A stretch of 49,751 bases of DNA, filler included, from Catajapyx aquilonaris (GCA_000934665.2; 2 parts of 2 records of this genome joined end to end with filler, not necessarily neighbours in it); one strand, 5' to 3'; shown: positions 12,168-24,980, counted from the whole stretch's first letter. The notes: generated by a model from the letters alone, not told the origin. Numbers and translations: made by a program.

Positions 12168-13642
12168 GATTTGCTTTGACTCATGACTGGCACAATGCAT
12201 TACACAGTAATTATTACTTTGCAGGAAGTCAGTAACAAACCACATGAGGAAGTAACTAATCACCAAGGATGTCAGGCTACCTAAAAGAAAGGAAATGTTT
12301 TGATAAGGTACTGTGTGAAATTACGTTTTTTGAATTTCCACACCTTCCCTGCACATGACTTTGTGATGTAGTAACTATACAATTGCAGTATAGCAGAACA
12401 GGTGACCAGTGCATCAAACAGCATGCAAATAAATTATACTTGCAGACAACAGTGGAACATCTTTGGTTGATCAGAAGCAACTAGAAGAGTGACAATGTGA
12501 GATTTCGCACTATTGGTCCAGTTTGGCACCATATTTGACCAGAAAAGTCGAGCTACTTTCAAACGAGGCTGCAGAGGGTGTACAGTACTGGAACCATTGT
12601 TAAAATAATTGCTTCGATGCACACTAGATGAAATTCCCTGTTCAGTGAGGACAAGGATACCTTTTAAAGGCGTCATTTAAGCAATTATGTTTTAACACAA
12701 CATGCAGGATAGCACAAATTTATTGCACATAATACTTGCTAGTAGTGTACAAGAATACTGCATTGCATGTGTGCCTACTTTTTGCATGTGCCATACAGGC
12801 AATAATGGTGCTCCATAACAGAAAAAAAACAGTGCATGATATGGTGCAGAAAAGCCCACTCGTATTGGAGTGTCAGACAGTGTAGCTCACTGAAATCATT
12901 TCTATTGCACAGGGCAGTGTTGACAACAAATCTGACAATGGCATTACTCATGAGTACATGCATGTGTGGATAGCGTCATATGTTTACAAAACAACATCTG
13001 GTACTCTTATCACAACTTGCAGAAAATTAAGTAACATTGCAGGGACTTACAAGAGCACTTGTGCTGAAAATATGACATAATTGGTTGCAGGAGATGCTCC
13101 GTCTAACTAACTTGGAGGATAATAAAATAGCACATCAGATGTAATGGTTTTTATAATAATACTATGTAACATAGGCAGCTCATGTTACATTTTTATCAAG
13201 CACACTGCATTTGATTATTAAAAATCAGTTACATCAGCTTTTGCAATTTTTCTCAGCTGTAAATGTCCCTTACCAGTAAACGCTAACAGCTTGCCACCAG
13301 AGGAGTCCTGACAACATCAGTAAATATCCCCTACGCAAGGAGTAAATATGGTGACCGAATTACAGCAAGGAAAATTGTCAAGCTCCTCTTCATTCATTTC
13401 TGTACCTTTAATTTTTGAAATGGTGGTCTTAGATCTAATAAATCAACAATTAGGCCATTCTCATCTTTGTGATCAAATTGTGTTCAAATCACGTGTTGAT
13501 CGTAATTCGTTGTTGAATCAACAATTAAGCACGATAAAAGACACGAATGTTACAGGTTACAATCTTCAGATTCTCATGCCTTATGTATGGTCTGATTAAT
13601 GCTTAGCTCAAGCAGGGTAACAGTTCTCACCAAAAGCTGTCA

Positions 13643-14279
13643 CTATTTTTTTAAAGCCTTCCTTTGGGATATTTGAAACAGCTCATCAGCCAGGCGACTT
13701 ACGTCATCCAACTCTTCACAGTGTCGCAAAAGAACAGCGGGGACACTTTTCTCCCCACAGAAAGCTCCAGCAATGGCTCCTGCCATGGTTCCAATAGTGT
13801 CCGTGTCACCTCCCAGCTCAATGGCGCATCGGATTGCTCTCACCACCGTGGTCTCACCCTGAAGTCATTTTTAAAAAAATAACGAGGCTTATTAGAAAAT
13901 TAAGCTTAAATATCTGAATAATTATCACACAAGTAGATCTTGAACCCACTTTGATTCCAGAATCTTGTAAGGTTGCCCTCAGAAAGCAATAGATGGCCGT
14001 GACAACCGATGTCGGAGCAGTTTCTCCATTTCCTAAAGTGTCGACCACTTGTTCTGCATCCACAGATTTGCCTTGTTGCAAGAATTTGTCAGCTTCTTGC
14101 AGCAGCGACACATACAAGGGTCTTGTTTTCCTGTTAAAGATTTTTGTTAACCTGTTGAAGATTCAATGTGTCTAGGTTACTAAGAAATGTATTACTCCCA
14201 AGTGCAACCTCCCTGATAATAATATAGGTGGAAATGTAGCTCTAATATCAAGCTTTACAAAGGCTAGATGATCACAATA

Positions 14280-14348
<69 letters not shown>

Positions 14349-15320
14349 GTGATGTCCACATGAACAGTGATATCAAGAGGTGCAGGGTAAGAAGTTAATT
14401 ACACTCTGCTGATAGCAGGTTGCTCAAGTTTCATCATGGCATCTATTAAACCAGCAAGGAATTCTGAGGTGTTGATTGTTACATCAGAATTAGTGTGTAG
14501 AGCTTGCATAATGGCCAGTGCCTGTGGGTGAAACACATCATATAGAAATGGGCCGTGAAATTAATTGCACACTGCGGTTTGTAATGTAGAAGCAAGCTCT
14601 TCACTTTACTGTACTGAAGCGCCTGATTGTACCTGCAATGTCGCTCCATTTATTCCATCACGATGTGCATGAGTGATACGTGTGCAGTCTCGGACATTGG
14701 CTTTCAACTGATCTACATTCTCATGGTACAGGAGTGCCACAGGTGCTACTCTCATGGCACCTCCATTGCCAAAGGAACCACTTCCATTGAACTGCATCTG
14801 GGCAGGCTTAAATGGATCGCTGGAATCTGCCTTCAATCTGCTAAACACAGCTCCAACCGCAGCACCATAAAGTCTCTCAGGTTGAGGACGGAAGAAATCC
14901 TTAGCAAAATTGACTGCTACATCTCTTGGTATCAGGACACCATCGTTTTTCACTAATGACCATCCCAGTGTTCGAGTCATCGCAGTGTCATCCGAATAAT
15001 GAAGAAGGCTAACTGTTTAATATGAAAACAAATGTAAAATTACAACACTACCTTGCTTAAAATGTGATTTGGCTATGATTCTAGCCAAGTGACATGGTAT
15101 TTGACTTACTGTATGGTAATATTACATTTGATTTACCTGGTGCATTACGCAGTCATGTTGATAACCTACCTTCTTGTTGCGGATCGCCATATTTAGAGAA
15201 AAAATTATCAATCTTCCTTTGATGAGCAGCAGGGTGCAGCTCAAACGGGTAGCCCAGACAATCGCCCAGCAAAGCACCCAGGAGGCACCCTCTGAATTTG
15301 TCGTGAAGACACTCGCTCAT
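13643..15320 (-). CDS. ARH3-like copy 5 (subfamily B), ~348 aa
   Basis: Exons 15320-15170, 15012-14633, 14521-14403, 14130-13950, 13858-13643, continuous frame. YSDDT, GSFGNGGAMR, THAH and GGDTDT are intact. Confidence 0.9.
14279..14346. repeat. (ATT)n microsatellite
   Basis: Uninterrupted ATT run in intron 3 of copy 5. Confidence 0.95.
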
Positions 15321-15764
15321 GGTGTGTCGTTCAACTTGATCAGCAAACCAAAATCTCCTGTTCCTCTTTACGCTGCTACGTGCCACTGGATCAGCTTCAG
15401 GCCAGACGTGCACCTAAAAGCAAAAGTCTATGTAGAAAATATAAACACACAACCCGGATGGGGTGCAATTACATGTTGTACATGGCTGACCTCGTTACTG
15501 ACTGACACATCCCAGATGTTGCAGTTGCATTGTGGCTATTTATGAAATAACACAGAAAATCACCGGCTCCCACCAAAGGGTTTAGGGCTGGTTTTAGACT
15601 AGTTTTTGGGAGACTAATCTGACAATAAAGTCGTGTGCGCCGCCATGTTTGAAAAAACAAGGTTGCCAGATGAAGAAATAAGACCGATGACGTCATTTAA
15701 AAAAAATTCAAACTGTAATGCGGGAGATATTTTACAATCATTTTTTCTACATTAAGCAGACAGT

Positions 15765-18038
15765 TCATTTCTTTTTGGCGCTGGCTGCTGGCTTCTTCCC
15801 TTCTGCTATCCTGAACAGTTCGTCGGCCAAATGAACGACGTCGTCAGTTTTCTCACAGTGACGCAGAAGATTCGAAGGTACACTTGATTCGCCCAAATAT
15901 GCTCCAGCAATTGTCCCTGCCATGCTTCCGATGGTGTCTGTCTGTCCTCCTAGCTCCATGGCACATCTGATGGCTCTCACCACTGTTGTCTCACCCTGTG
16001 CCCATATAGATAAAAGACGAAAATGTTATTATCGTACTAAACCCACAGTAGAATGGAGACCTACTTTGATGCCCGAGTCTGTCAAAGTTGCTCTAAGGAA
16101 GCAGTAGATGGACGTGACGACAGACTTCGGAGGTGTGTCTCCATTTCCCAAAGTTTCGACTACCTGCTTTGCATCCAGTGACTTGCCTTGTTGCAAGAGT
16201 TTGTCAGCTTTTTGCAGCAGCGTCACGTACAGAGTTGGCTCATCAGATCTGGTGGACATTCAAATATAAGATCACCAGTATGAATCATTACATATTGCAT
16301 TTTGCAGCATTTGGTGAGGCAAATTGGAAACACTTTTGTAATAATTAGTGTACTTTCGATTGCCAGAAAACAGTTTGTGTAATACATGTTCAACATGACT
16401 TCACCTTAAAAGCACCTACAAACTGATTAGTTAGTAACTCTACAGAACCGTGTTTCGCTATTAAGATGTTAAGTGCTCAGTTTGCAAGGACAGGTACTAC
16501 ACAACGTCAGATGTGGAACGAAAAGGGAGGATGCCATTACTCTCTGGTTGACGGTGGGCGTTCCACTTTGATCATGTCGTCCATTAAGCCGGAAATAAAT
16601 GCTCCGGCGTCGATCGTCCCGTTTGGGTCGGCGTGTAGTGCTTTTACGACAGCCAGTGCCTGCGCACAAAAAGAAACCTCTTACATTAAGTTGTCCACTC
16701 ATTTCATCCTCAACGTTGCCACAAACAAACGACAATACTTGTTTGTTTGTCCAGATTTGGCGGCTGGCTTTCTAGAGCTAACCCGTTGCCAAATTTTAGC
16801 AACATTCTAATACATGATGTTTCTCTCCATCGGATGTTTGTCCGACCCGTACCGCGCTGTATTTACCACTTAATACTATTTTTCGCGCATAGATGGCGCA
16901 CCATTCCCCTGCACACTCCTGCCACTCTCAAGCCATGCGTGTGATAGGGGTACTATCAGGTCGGACAAACATCCGACGGAGAGAATAAGCGGATTGCTGG
17001 ACCTGCAGTATTGCTCCTTTGATGGCGTCTGGATGTGCGTGAGTGATTCTTGCTGAGTCTCTGACCGCTCTCTTCATGGCTCCAGCATCCAAATGATGGA
17101 TGAGCGCCAGAGGCGAGATTCTGGTGGCGGCACCGTTTCCCAAAGAGCCTGTCCCATCCAGATGATCTTGTGCCGGCTTGAAAGGGTCGCCGGATCTGTC
17201 CGAAAGCAATTTGCTGAACACGTCTCCAGCAGTAGCCTCGTACATTCTGTCGTGCTGATGGGGTCGATAAAAATCGTCGGCCAAATCGACCGACACTTCT
17301 CTGACCACCAGAGAACCATCGTTCTGCACCAGGGACCAACCCAGGGTCCGGGTCATTGCCGTGTCATCCGAGTAGTGCAGTCCCGACACTTTTTTATTAT
17401 TGGAAAGGCAGAAAATGCGAAGGGTTATAACCAGCACAGTTTGTACGGTTTGAAATTACACTCATCATGCCATTGTTGCCACTGGTAATAAATCAGTTAG
17501 AACAGTGTCATATGTAAAGCGGAAATATGCAGGGTTATAACTAGCTTTACAGTATGAAATTACAGTCACGCCGGACACCACCGATCGTTATGAAGAGTAT
17601 GGAATGAGCTCAGGTTATTACTGCTTCTGCAGCGTTTATACTAATAATAATAATTAATACTGTAATTTGGAGAGATCTGCTTGGGATGAAATACACACAA
17701 ACAAAATCGTAGAGTGAAACTTGCTAGATTAACACATCACATATCTTATCGGTCTTATCACCACAGATATTTCCTGAAAGCGACTGAACTGTGACGTTTC
17801 CTCGCAGACATTGCAGGTATGTAGTTCCTCATTAAATAAATTTAAAAAATATATATATTCTCGAATGAGAGCTGTAAATACCTTCTTTAGTGTTGGGGTT
17901 GGCGTAGGTATTGAAGAATCGATCAATCGTTTCTTGAGGAGCAGCAGGTTGCGTCTCAAATGGAAACCCAAGGCAATCCCCCAGCAAACCACCCAAGAGG
18001 CATCCTCGGAATTTGGCGTGCAGTAATTCCAGCTCCAT
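15765..18038 (-). CDS. ARH3-like copy 6 (subfamily B, divergent active site), ~358 aa
   Basis: Exons 18038-17882, 17388-17003, 16659-16541, 16248-16065, 15995-15765, continuous frame. YSDDT is retained, but the motifs read GSLGNGAATR and GGQTDT. The exon 2 acceptor (AAAAAAG) is weak. Confidence 0.85.
16821..16985. mobile_element. Small inverted-repeat element (MITE-like) in copy-6 intron 2
   Basis: TTCTCTCCATCGGATGTTTGTCCGACC (16821-16847) is inverted at 16959-16985 with one mismatch. Confidence 0.65.
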
Positions 18039-19088
18039 TTCGAGTCGTGTATAGATTCAAAGCAGAGAGACACACAGCAAGCACCTCAGCTTATTCTTTT
18101 TCTCTTGCACCGTCGGAGCGTCTATAATTCACGTCTGCACAGAGACAATGAAGAGTGATATCGACGGAGCTTGTTGGCACAGCATCTGAGCTACTTATCC
18201 TCATTCCCTACTGAACCAATCAGTTTCCAGAGAGATATTGTGTGAGTCACGGTTTTAGGAATATCAGTGAGAGTATGATTGCACCAAATGCTTTTCATGC
18301 TGTTACTCGGGAGATTTTGAAGATAATATCTGCAGGATAGTGGTTATATATACATAATGGCACCAAATCAATTTGAACAATTCAGGTTTAAATATATTTA
18401 CAAGAAACGTAAAGTCCAGACGACGCCATGAGCACCAAGTGTATAAAAGCATTACTATTGTATATAACCACTCTTACGTATTAATTTGTGTCCAATATAT
18501 TAGTACAGTAAAAAGCCGCTCATGCACGCCTCGCAGTCATTTTAAATAAAATATGGGAGCTGAAATTAATTATGCTGCATGAAGTGACATGTCACTGCAA
18601 TGCGCTCTTCTACAGTATGCATGACAGCGTTGGTGTTGTCTTTGACGTGTATGCAGATTTGCAACCCCAAAAAATGCATACCACGCCTACACGAAACAGT
18701 TTATATCCTGCGTACTGGTAATAGCAAATTAATTAGGGCCTGATTATGTGCACTTACAAAATTATATGAAATGCAGCAAGTAAATTCCCAAACAAAATTA
18801 TCTGCTCATACTAAACCATCACAAATTGTCTGACATTATAAAAGCCATTAGGGGTTATACGACAAACATCTCATATTTTATTATAACATTCCGTGAGGCC
18901 TTTATATAATGACGAAGTGCAGTTGGTGGACAAATAAGTGCTGATAGCAATATATTTGAGGCCATGTTGCTGGGTCCCGTATTATGCATTATATGCTATA
19001 CAGTGAGTAATAATAGATGGTGATGATGTCGGGCAGTTTGTTGTTCCAGGAGCGCTGTAATAATCCCATCGTCTGGCGCCTGTTGTGC

Positions 19089-21091
19089 TCATAGGAGCGG
19101 ATCAAAGGCGGTCAGGGACCTGCAAATGCCTGCGTCCAGACGGCACCCTGTTAGGAATTCGTCCAGCGTCACTACCCCGTCTCGGTTCAGGTCCAGCTTC
19201 TGTAATTACACGCATAATTTTGTTTTTGGCAAGGTCGCATCGAAATGAGCATTAAACGGGGTATATAAAAGTACCTGACCTGAAAAAGCACTTCGACTCG
19301 TTCCCTGAGATCCGAGTCCGGCAATGGTGCGACACATCGTCCGAGTAAAGAGTGGACAGCGGCCACTACCATACCCAGCTCGTCTCTGGTCACCTTCCCA
19401 TCTCCGTCCAGGTCATACAGTGTGAACACCCATCGAAGACGTTCCTCTGGAGAACCTCGAGCCAGAACGGACAGGCCCAGGACAAACTCCTCGAAGCTCA
19501 ACAGGCCCGTTTGGGCTTGAGAAAACGTGTTGAAGACGTACCGGGAGTACGGACTGGCACTAGCTAAACAGGTCATACACCAATTTATATAGCAGTACAC
19601 TCCTCAAACAATGATTTATTAAACGGAATACTAGCCTCCGCTTGGGAAGAACCGTCCGTAGATGTCCCTAAATGCGTCCTCTTTGACCACTCCTGTTGGA
19701 CACTCGGCCTTGAAGCTTCTGTAGATGCGCTTCAGCTCAGATTCGGAGAATCGGGTCTGTCGGGTCAAGGATCGGAGGCTGTCGGGTCTGTACCGAGGCT
19801 CTTCTTCCTCCAGCTCCGAATCTGTGGAAGAAACCACCGAATAATCTCGTTTCAGTTTCCAAACCATTAGTGATTAATGCATTTCGGATTATCACTGCAG
19901 GGGGCGTAATAATAAGGATGTGACAAGGACACTGTTTTTGTATTCATAAAGGCCAGGAAGGGTGTAAATGAGAATATTCGATTTTCACTTGTGCAGCACC
20001 GATATTAGAAGGGGTGGGAGGATGCAAATGTGCAAAGGGTTCTGTATATGAACAGGTCTCAGCATTAATGACCCATACACATTACATATTGGCTTCAAAA
20101 TATGAAAATAAATGACAGACTCCTGTTCCAATTGCGCTAATTGCCGGTGTAACTTGATAAAGACGGACTTTAAAATGGCAAACGTCAGAAACATGCACTG
20201 CGTTTCATTCAAACCGGAAACCGATTGAAGTGCTGACAGAACTATAAGGGCTGAAGCAATTTGGTTCCATTCGGAGTTAATGTAAATCCCGTGCAACTAA
20301 CTGCTGTCCCATATAACCTAACACTTGAACCAAAATTGAGCTACACTAGGTTTTGGACAGCTCTTCAAATACTTCTGGCAGACGCGACACGGCATTGCAC
20401 TAATGACACTAAATTGATTAACAAACACTGGGGGAACCGCTCTTTACTAAAAATGCAATTCACTACTAAAAATATTTCGATGAGTGAAAATTCTATGCAA
20501 ACAAAGCTATAGCACTACAATCATTTTCTGCTGCGTATGTTGCGAGACTTAAACAGTGAATAAATCACTAAATCACTGAAAGAACTGCAGGGGGTCGAAT
20601 CTTAAATTTCTTTTGTCCAGGAGCAAAGTTTGGACTCCAGACTTTCTTCTGGAGTACAAAGTCTTGAAGTGCTTAATTTTTTAATTACTGGGTTTAATGC
20701 AGGACCAACTGGAGTGCAAACTTTTGCACTCCAAGGCTCAGTTTGGGAGTGCAGATGACAATTTCGGGAATGCAAAATTGCGAATATTTCGACCCCCCCT
20801 GGAACTGCTTTTTTTTATCAAAAATCGCCTAAGTCCATTAATTTCACAGCAATTGAGCAATATAATTCAGACGAGTGACGCGCACTGAATGTAATGACCT
20901 CAATGTCTCTCTCTCTTACCACTCCAGGCTTTGACTCCGCTCCAGGCCTGCCTTGCAAAACTCCTTATCTTCCTGCACAGCGATTGGTCCCTGCTGCTGC
21001 TGTCCACCTCTTTGTCCCTGTCCCTGTCCCTATTCCTGTCCCTCTGAGCCTCTCTGTCCGACCCAGAATCAGTGCTCATCACCCCGTACAT
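19089..21091 (-). CDS. KCNIP: Kv channel-interacting protein (KChIP)-like neuronal calcium sensor, ~250 aa
   Basis: Exons 21091(or 21079)-20920, 19821-19632/19636, 19559/19563-19280, 19199-19089. Motifs RYRPDSL..L...TRFSESELKRIYRSFKAECPTG, EF-hands DLDGDGKVTRDE and DLNRDGVVTLDE. The first exon is less certain. Confidence 0.88.
20588..20801. mobile_element. MITE-like element in KChIP intron 1
   Basis: Termini CAGGGGGTCGAA / TTCGACCCCCCCTG with internal GGAGT(G/A)CAAA repeats. No clean TSD. Confidence 0.5.
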
Positions 21092-24000
21092 GACCCCAAA
21101 TCCGATTGCCGCTCACCTCTTCATGGACCGAACAACTAATCTAAATGAGGAGGGACGAGAGGGTTTTTGCCAAATCCTGCGATGAAAATTTGCCTAACCA
21201 CCACCACACACAAATGTCCCCCCGAAGGAAGGAAAGAGATTGGTTAGTATAAAATGGGTGTAGTGGCGGTGGCGACGGCGGGTGAAGAGAGATGATGTCG
21301 CTTAGCGACGGTTGCCCGGAGACGGTCATTAATTGGCCGCAGCTCAGTCTAATCAAGCACCCCCCTGAGGGTGAGGTAAAGCCGAGGAAAAGCTCGCATT
21401 CCGAGGCTTTTAAATCATTTTTTAAAAAAATTACAGAGTATTTTAAAAAAATCCAGCGATTCACTTATTTAGGTGATGTATTACGTCATGATTTTTTTTA
21501 AAGGAGACAGGGTGGAAGGGAGCTGGATTTTGTCCCCCTTATTTTATCGATCTCGCACTTGTTGATCTTCTCCCCGGAAGGCATGCTTCTTGGGGAGCCG
21601 AATGCAAGCAAAAGGTATAGAGATATAGGAAGAAAAAAAAGGAAAAGGAGAGGGGGGTTAACGAACGTGCATTGTTATTCAAAGAGCGTGTCAAAATTTT
21701 CGGGATAAATCGGTGTGATTAGGATATGAAACGGCTTGTTAGCGCAGAACGAGTAAATTCCGGATGAACGGGCCCAATCTGGAGTGTTTCGAGTGATAAT
21801 TTCCGCTCATTTTGAGTGCTTTGGGGGGGGGGGGGGNNNNNNNNGGGGGGGGGGGGGTTGTTCTCCCCTAGGTCAAAACGCGTGTGCTGTACATAGATAA
21901 TTCAATAGAACAAGCGCATATTATTAACCTAAGTCCGAAGTTACTGCGGTGATAACTACAACTCCAATTACAAATGGATTTCTTACCAGGATGCCCTTGT
22001 CCTGTTGAATCATTCACGTACACTTCAAGTCTTTTTTTTTTTGCGAATCGTCCATACAGACAGCATGATTGGCAATATGCTCGAAATATTATTTGGAGTG
22101 GTCTGCTCCTCACTATGAGTGGTGTACCGACTTATGACACTAAGAAGAAGAGCACTCTCCTTTTGAGTGCACTATTTCAATCAATTCTTAAAGCAATATT
22201 TTTCTGTCCGCATCAGTGAAAAATCGGCTCAAATCGTCGAAATTGCGTTACTGGGTAACTCGAAAAAAAGCATTCAAATAGAGTGGAGCGAATATCCACT
22301 TTAAAAAATTAATAGAGCATGCATTTTTTTCTGACAGTATCAATTAAGATGCAAAATTATACAAATAATCAGCTTGTTTCTCGGAAGTGTATATTTTTTT
22401 TATAAAAATTATAGTTTCCGCAATAAAACACACTCAAATCCGGATCCGTATATCACTCGAATGCACACACGTCACAACCCACCGAATCTTTTCTATAGAC
22501 AGCCTCGCAAAAAAAACAACAATGAAGCAATTCCTCGCGCACTTTTATATATCCGACCCAACGACACTCGACCGTCCGACCTTCACGTGCCCAGCACCAC
22601 TTCTCCCCTTGGTATATATCCAACAACCCCCCCTTGCTTCTGGACTAAAATCTGCCCACACCCATTTTTACAGCTCCAACCATTGCACTATACCAAGTGT
22701 GTCAGTAGTATGTCGCGTGTTGATATCAAACCCGTCCCATTTGAAGAATTGGGGGAGGGCAGCTGTGTTAGTATAATACCCGCCCTGGTCAGGGGTTGAA
22801 TTGCGTTTGGTAGTACGAAGGAGGATTGGAGATGGTTTTAAAGAGGTGAAAGGGTGGGGGTGGAGGAGGAGAGAAAGGGGCACCTGTTGCCAGGACGACG
22901 CGTTGCCAAGCGACGCCCGTCGACATGGAGAGACCCTATAGGATGAAGAGAGAAGCCTGGGACATGTCGGGTTCACAACACACAGATATATAGGCCCAGA
23001 GGTCCCCCTCTTTGCCGCGGACAGTGGTCGACCTCCCACTGCGGATGAGGTCAAAAATAATAAAAAAAATGGGACGTGATGCTTCATTTTTTGAGGGGGG
23101 GGGGGGTTGGGACAGCAATGTTGAGAGTTGCGACGGAAAAAAAAGTCGGTCAAGTTCTTTCTCAGGATTGGATTTTTTATGGAGTGGATAGGGAATAATG
23201 ATTGCGTGCATGTCGAGTAATGAGATTAGGTTTAAGCTGCTCGATATGTGTGAGGGGGAAAAAATAGCTAAAGTGTGTTGGCCAGAAATCTGACATAGGG
23301 GTCATCCTTGCATGATGCAACCCAAACTTGCTTAACTTTGGGTACATTAAATGCCCTTGAAAATTGTAGTCCTGAAGTTCCCCTTTTACAGTGTACCATC
23401 ATTCATAGTGTTTCCATTGGAGTTTGAAGAAATATTGCTTGAAGCCCAGAAATGAAAATAGCAATGCATAGAATACGGAATCATGTTCTTCTCAATAATT
23501 CTAGAGCCTCCAGAAATATTGACAATAGAACCCTCTCCAGGATTTCATCACGCGTGTGATTCGAGGCTTTTCTTTATACAAAAAGCTCCCCGAAAGCAAT
23601 CTTCCCAAGCTTGGTATACTTTATCCGGAGCTCCAAAATTGACTTGATTTGAATCGTCCCTTACCAGCCACGAATTTCCTACGGCCATCTCCTTGATGAG
23701 GAGAGTTTTTTTTTCCAACGCAGAATCTTTTATCCTGAGGCAATAGGCAACCCAAATGCCACCGTAGTTCTGCGGGGTTGTATCTTTTCCAGGAGCATGC
23801 TTGTTACCTGGTTTCGGAACGAGACGCGCCGGAGAGATCTACTTCCTGGCTAAATATGGGAGGTAATGAGATCTGCGGGGGGGTTCTGATCTCATTAGGT
23901 CGGTGGGAAGCCACGTGTAAATCGCGTTACACAGACGCAGTGTCCCGAAGTTTGCGCCTCTATTTTGTAATTTGCCTCGGCAGCCACGATCATCCCCAAA

Positions 24001-24880
24001 CGATCGATATACGAGGAGGAGGAGGAGACGGGAATCTGCGTACTACAGGAGATATATGATAAGATCTGAAGGATGCTGCGAGTGGTACCCTGTCCAAAAA
24101 AGAGGAAATGTATACAGGTGGAAATAATCGACTCACCTGATGAGACTTCTTCCCACACTTGTCGTTTCCTCTTTTCGGGTACGCCGCATACTCTCTGCCA
24201 GGCTGGAATAATTAATATCCGGGGTGAGATGGAGAAAAAAAAGGACAAATTTTTTTTTTGGGAGGTGTGTTCGCTTTCGGAAATCACTTTTCAAGGCGAT
24301 TGCCTTTGGCGCTTTGTTTGCTCCCATTGATTGATTCGCTTCGACTTGGAGTGGGCGTCGTCGCTAAAAAGGCCGCTCTCTCTCTACACTTGGAAAAAGG
24401 TGGTCGGAATCGATAGCTCTTCCGGACATTTTTCTTACGGGGTGCAAAAATAAACAGTAAGTGATGAAGTCTCATGGGTTATCCGAAAAGTGTCATCTCC
24501 ACTAACCGAGTTAATAATGAAACGCAATATTTGAGCAGGAATGCAGCCGATCAAAACATTTTGCTCCGCACCGCATAATATTACGGAGTCTATATAATGA
24601 TGCAGGTAAGCAAGACTGCAGGCTACGTAACATAAGCAATAATTACACTATACAGTGGTCTACTAATGCAAAAAAATAACCATTTATTATTGACACCTGC
24701 ACTAGAGGGAACAAACCGGGACCTGGGAAATATACTACGCAGTATGTAGCAATATGGTTTATGTGTAGTAAAGTACCGGTAGGAGTAGTATCCCACGGCT
24801 TATTACGGCGACTCATGGAAAAATTCCGCAGTGTCGCCACCGTCTATGCGAGTTTAACATGGGAAAGCGCCACTGCGGCG

Positions 24881-24980
24881 NNNNNNNNNNNNNNNNNNNN
24901 NNNNNNNNNNNNNNNNNNNNNNNNTTAATTAATTAANNNNNNNNNNNNNNNNNNNNNNNNNNNNNNNNNNNNNNNNNNNN
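24881..24980. other. Artificial assembly gap linker N44-TTAATTAATTAA-N44
   Basis: Exactly 100 bp, symmetric, with a central 12-mer giving stop codons in all six frames. Confidence 0.92.

Noticed and set aside
1951..17488. Plus-strand ORFs overlapping ARH exons
   Set aside because: Antisense shadows of the minus-strand coding exons.
1878..18038. Bacterial DraG/Tri1 operon or recent horizontal transfer
   Set aside because: The genes have spliceosomal introns and animal ARH3-type motifs, and no cognate ADP-ribosyltransferase is present in the window.
21823..21857. Poly-G tract as a G-quadruplex element
   Set aside because: It surrounds Ns, so it is an unresolved homopolymer of unknown true length.
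24137..24170. Hammerhead ribozyme core (CTGATGA)
   Set aside because: No stem II followed by GAAA. Other CTGATGA hits checked by eye also lacked it.
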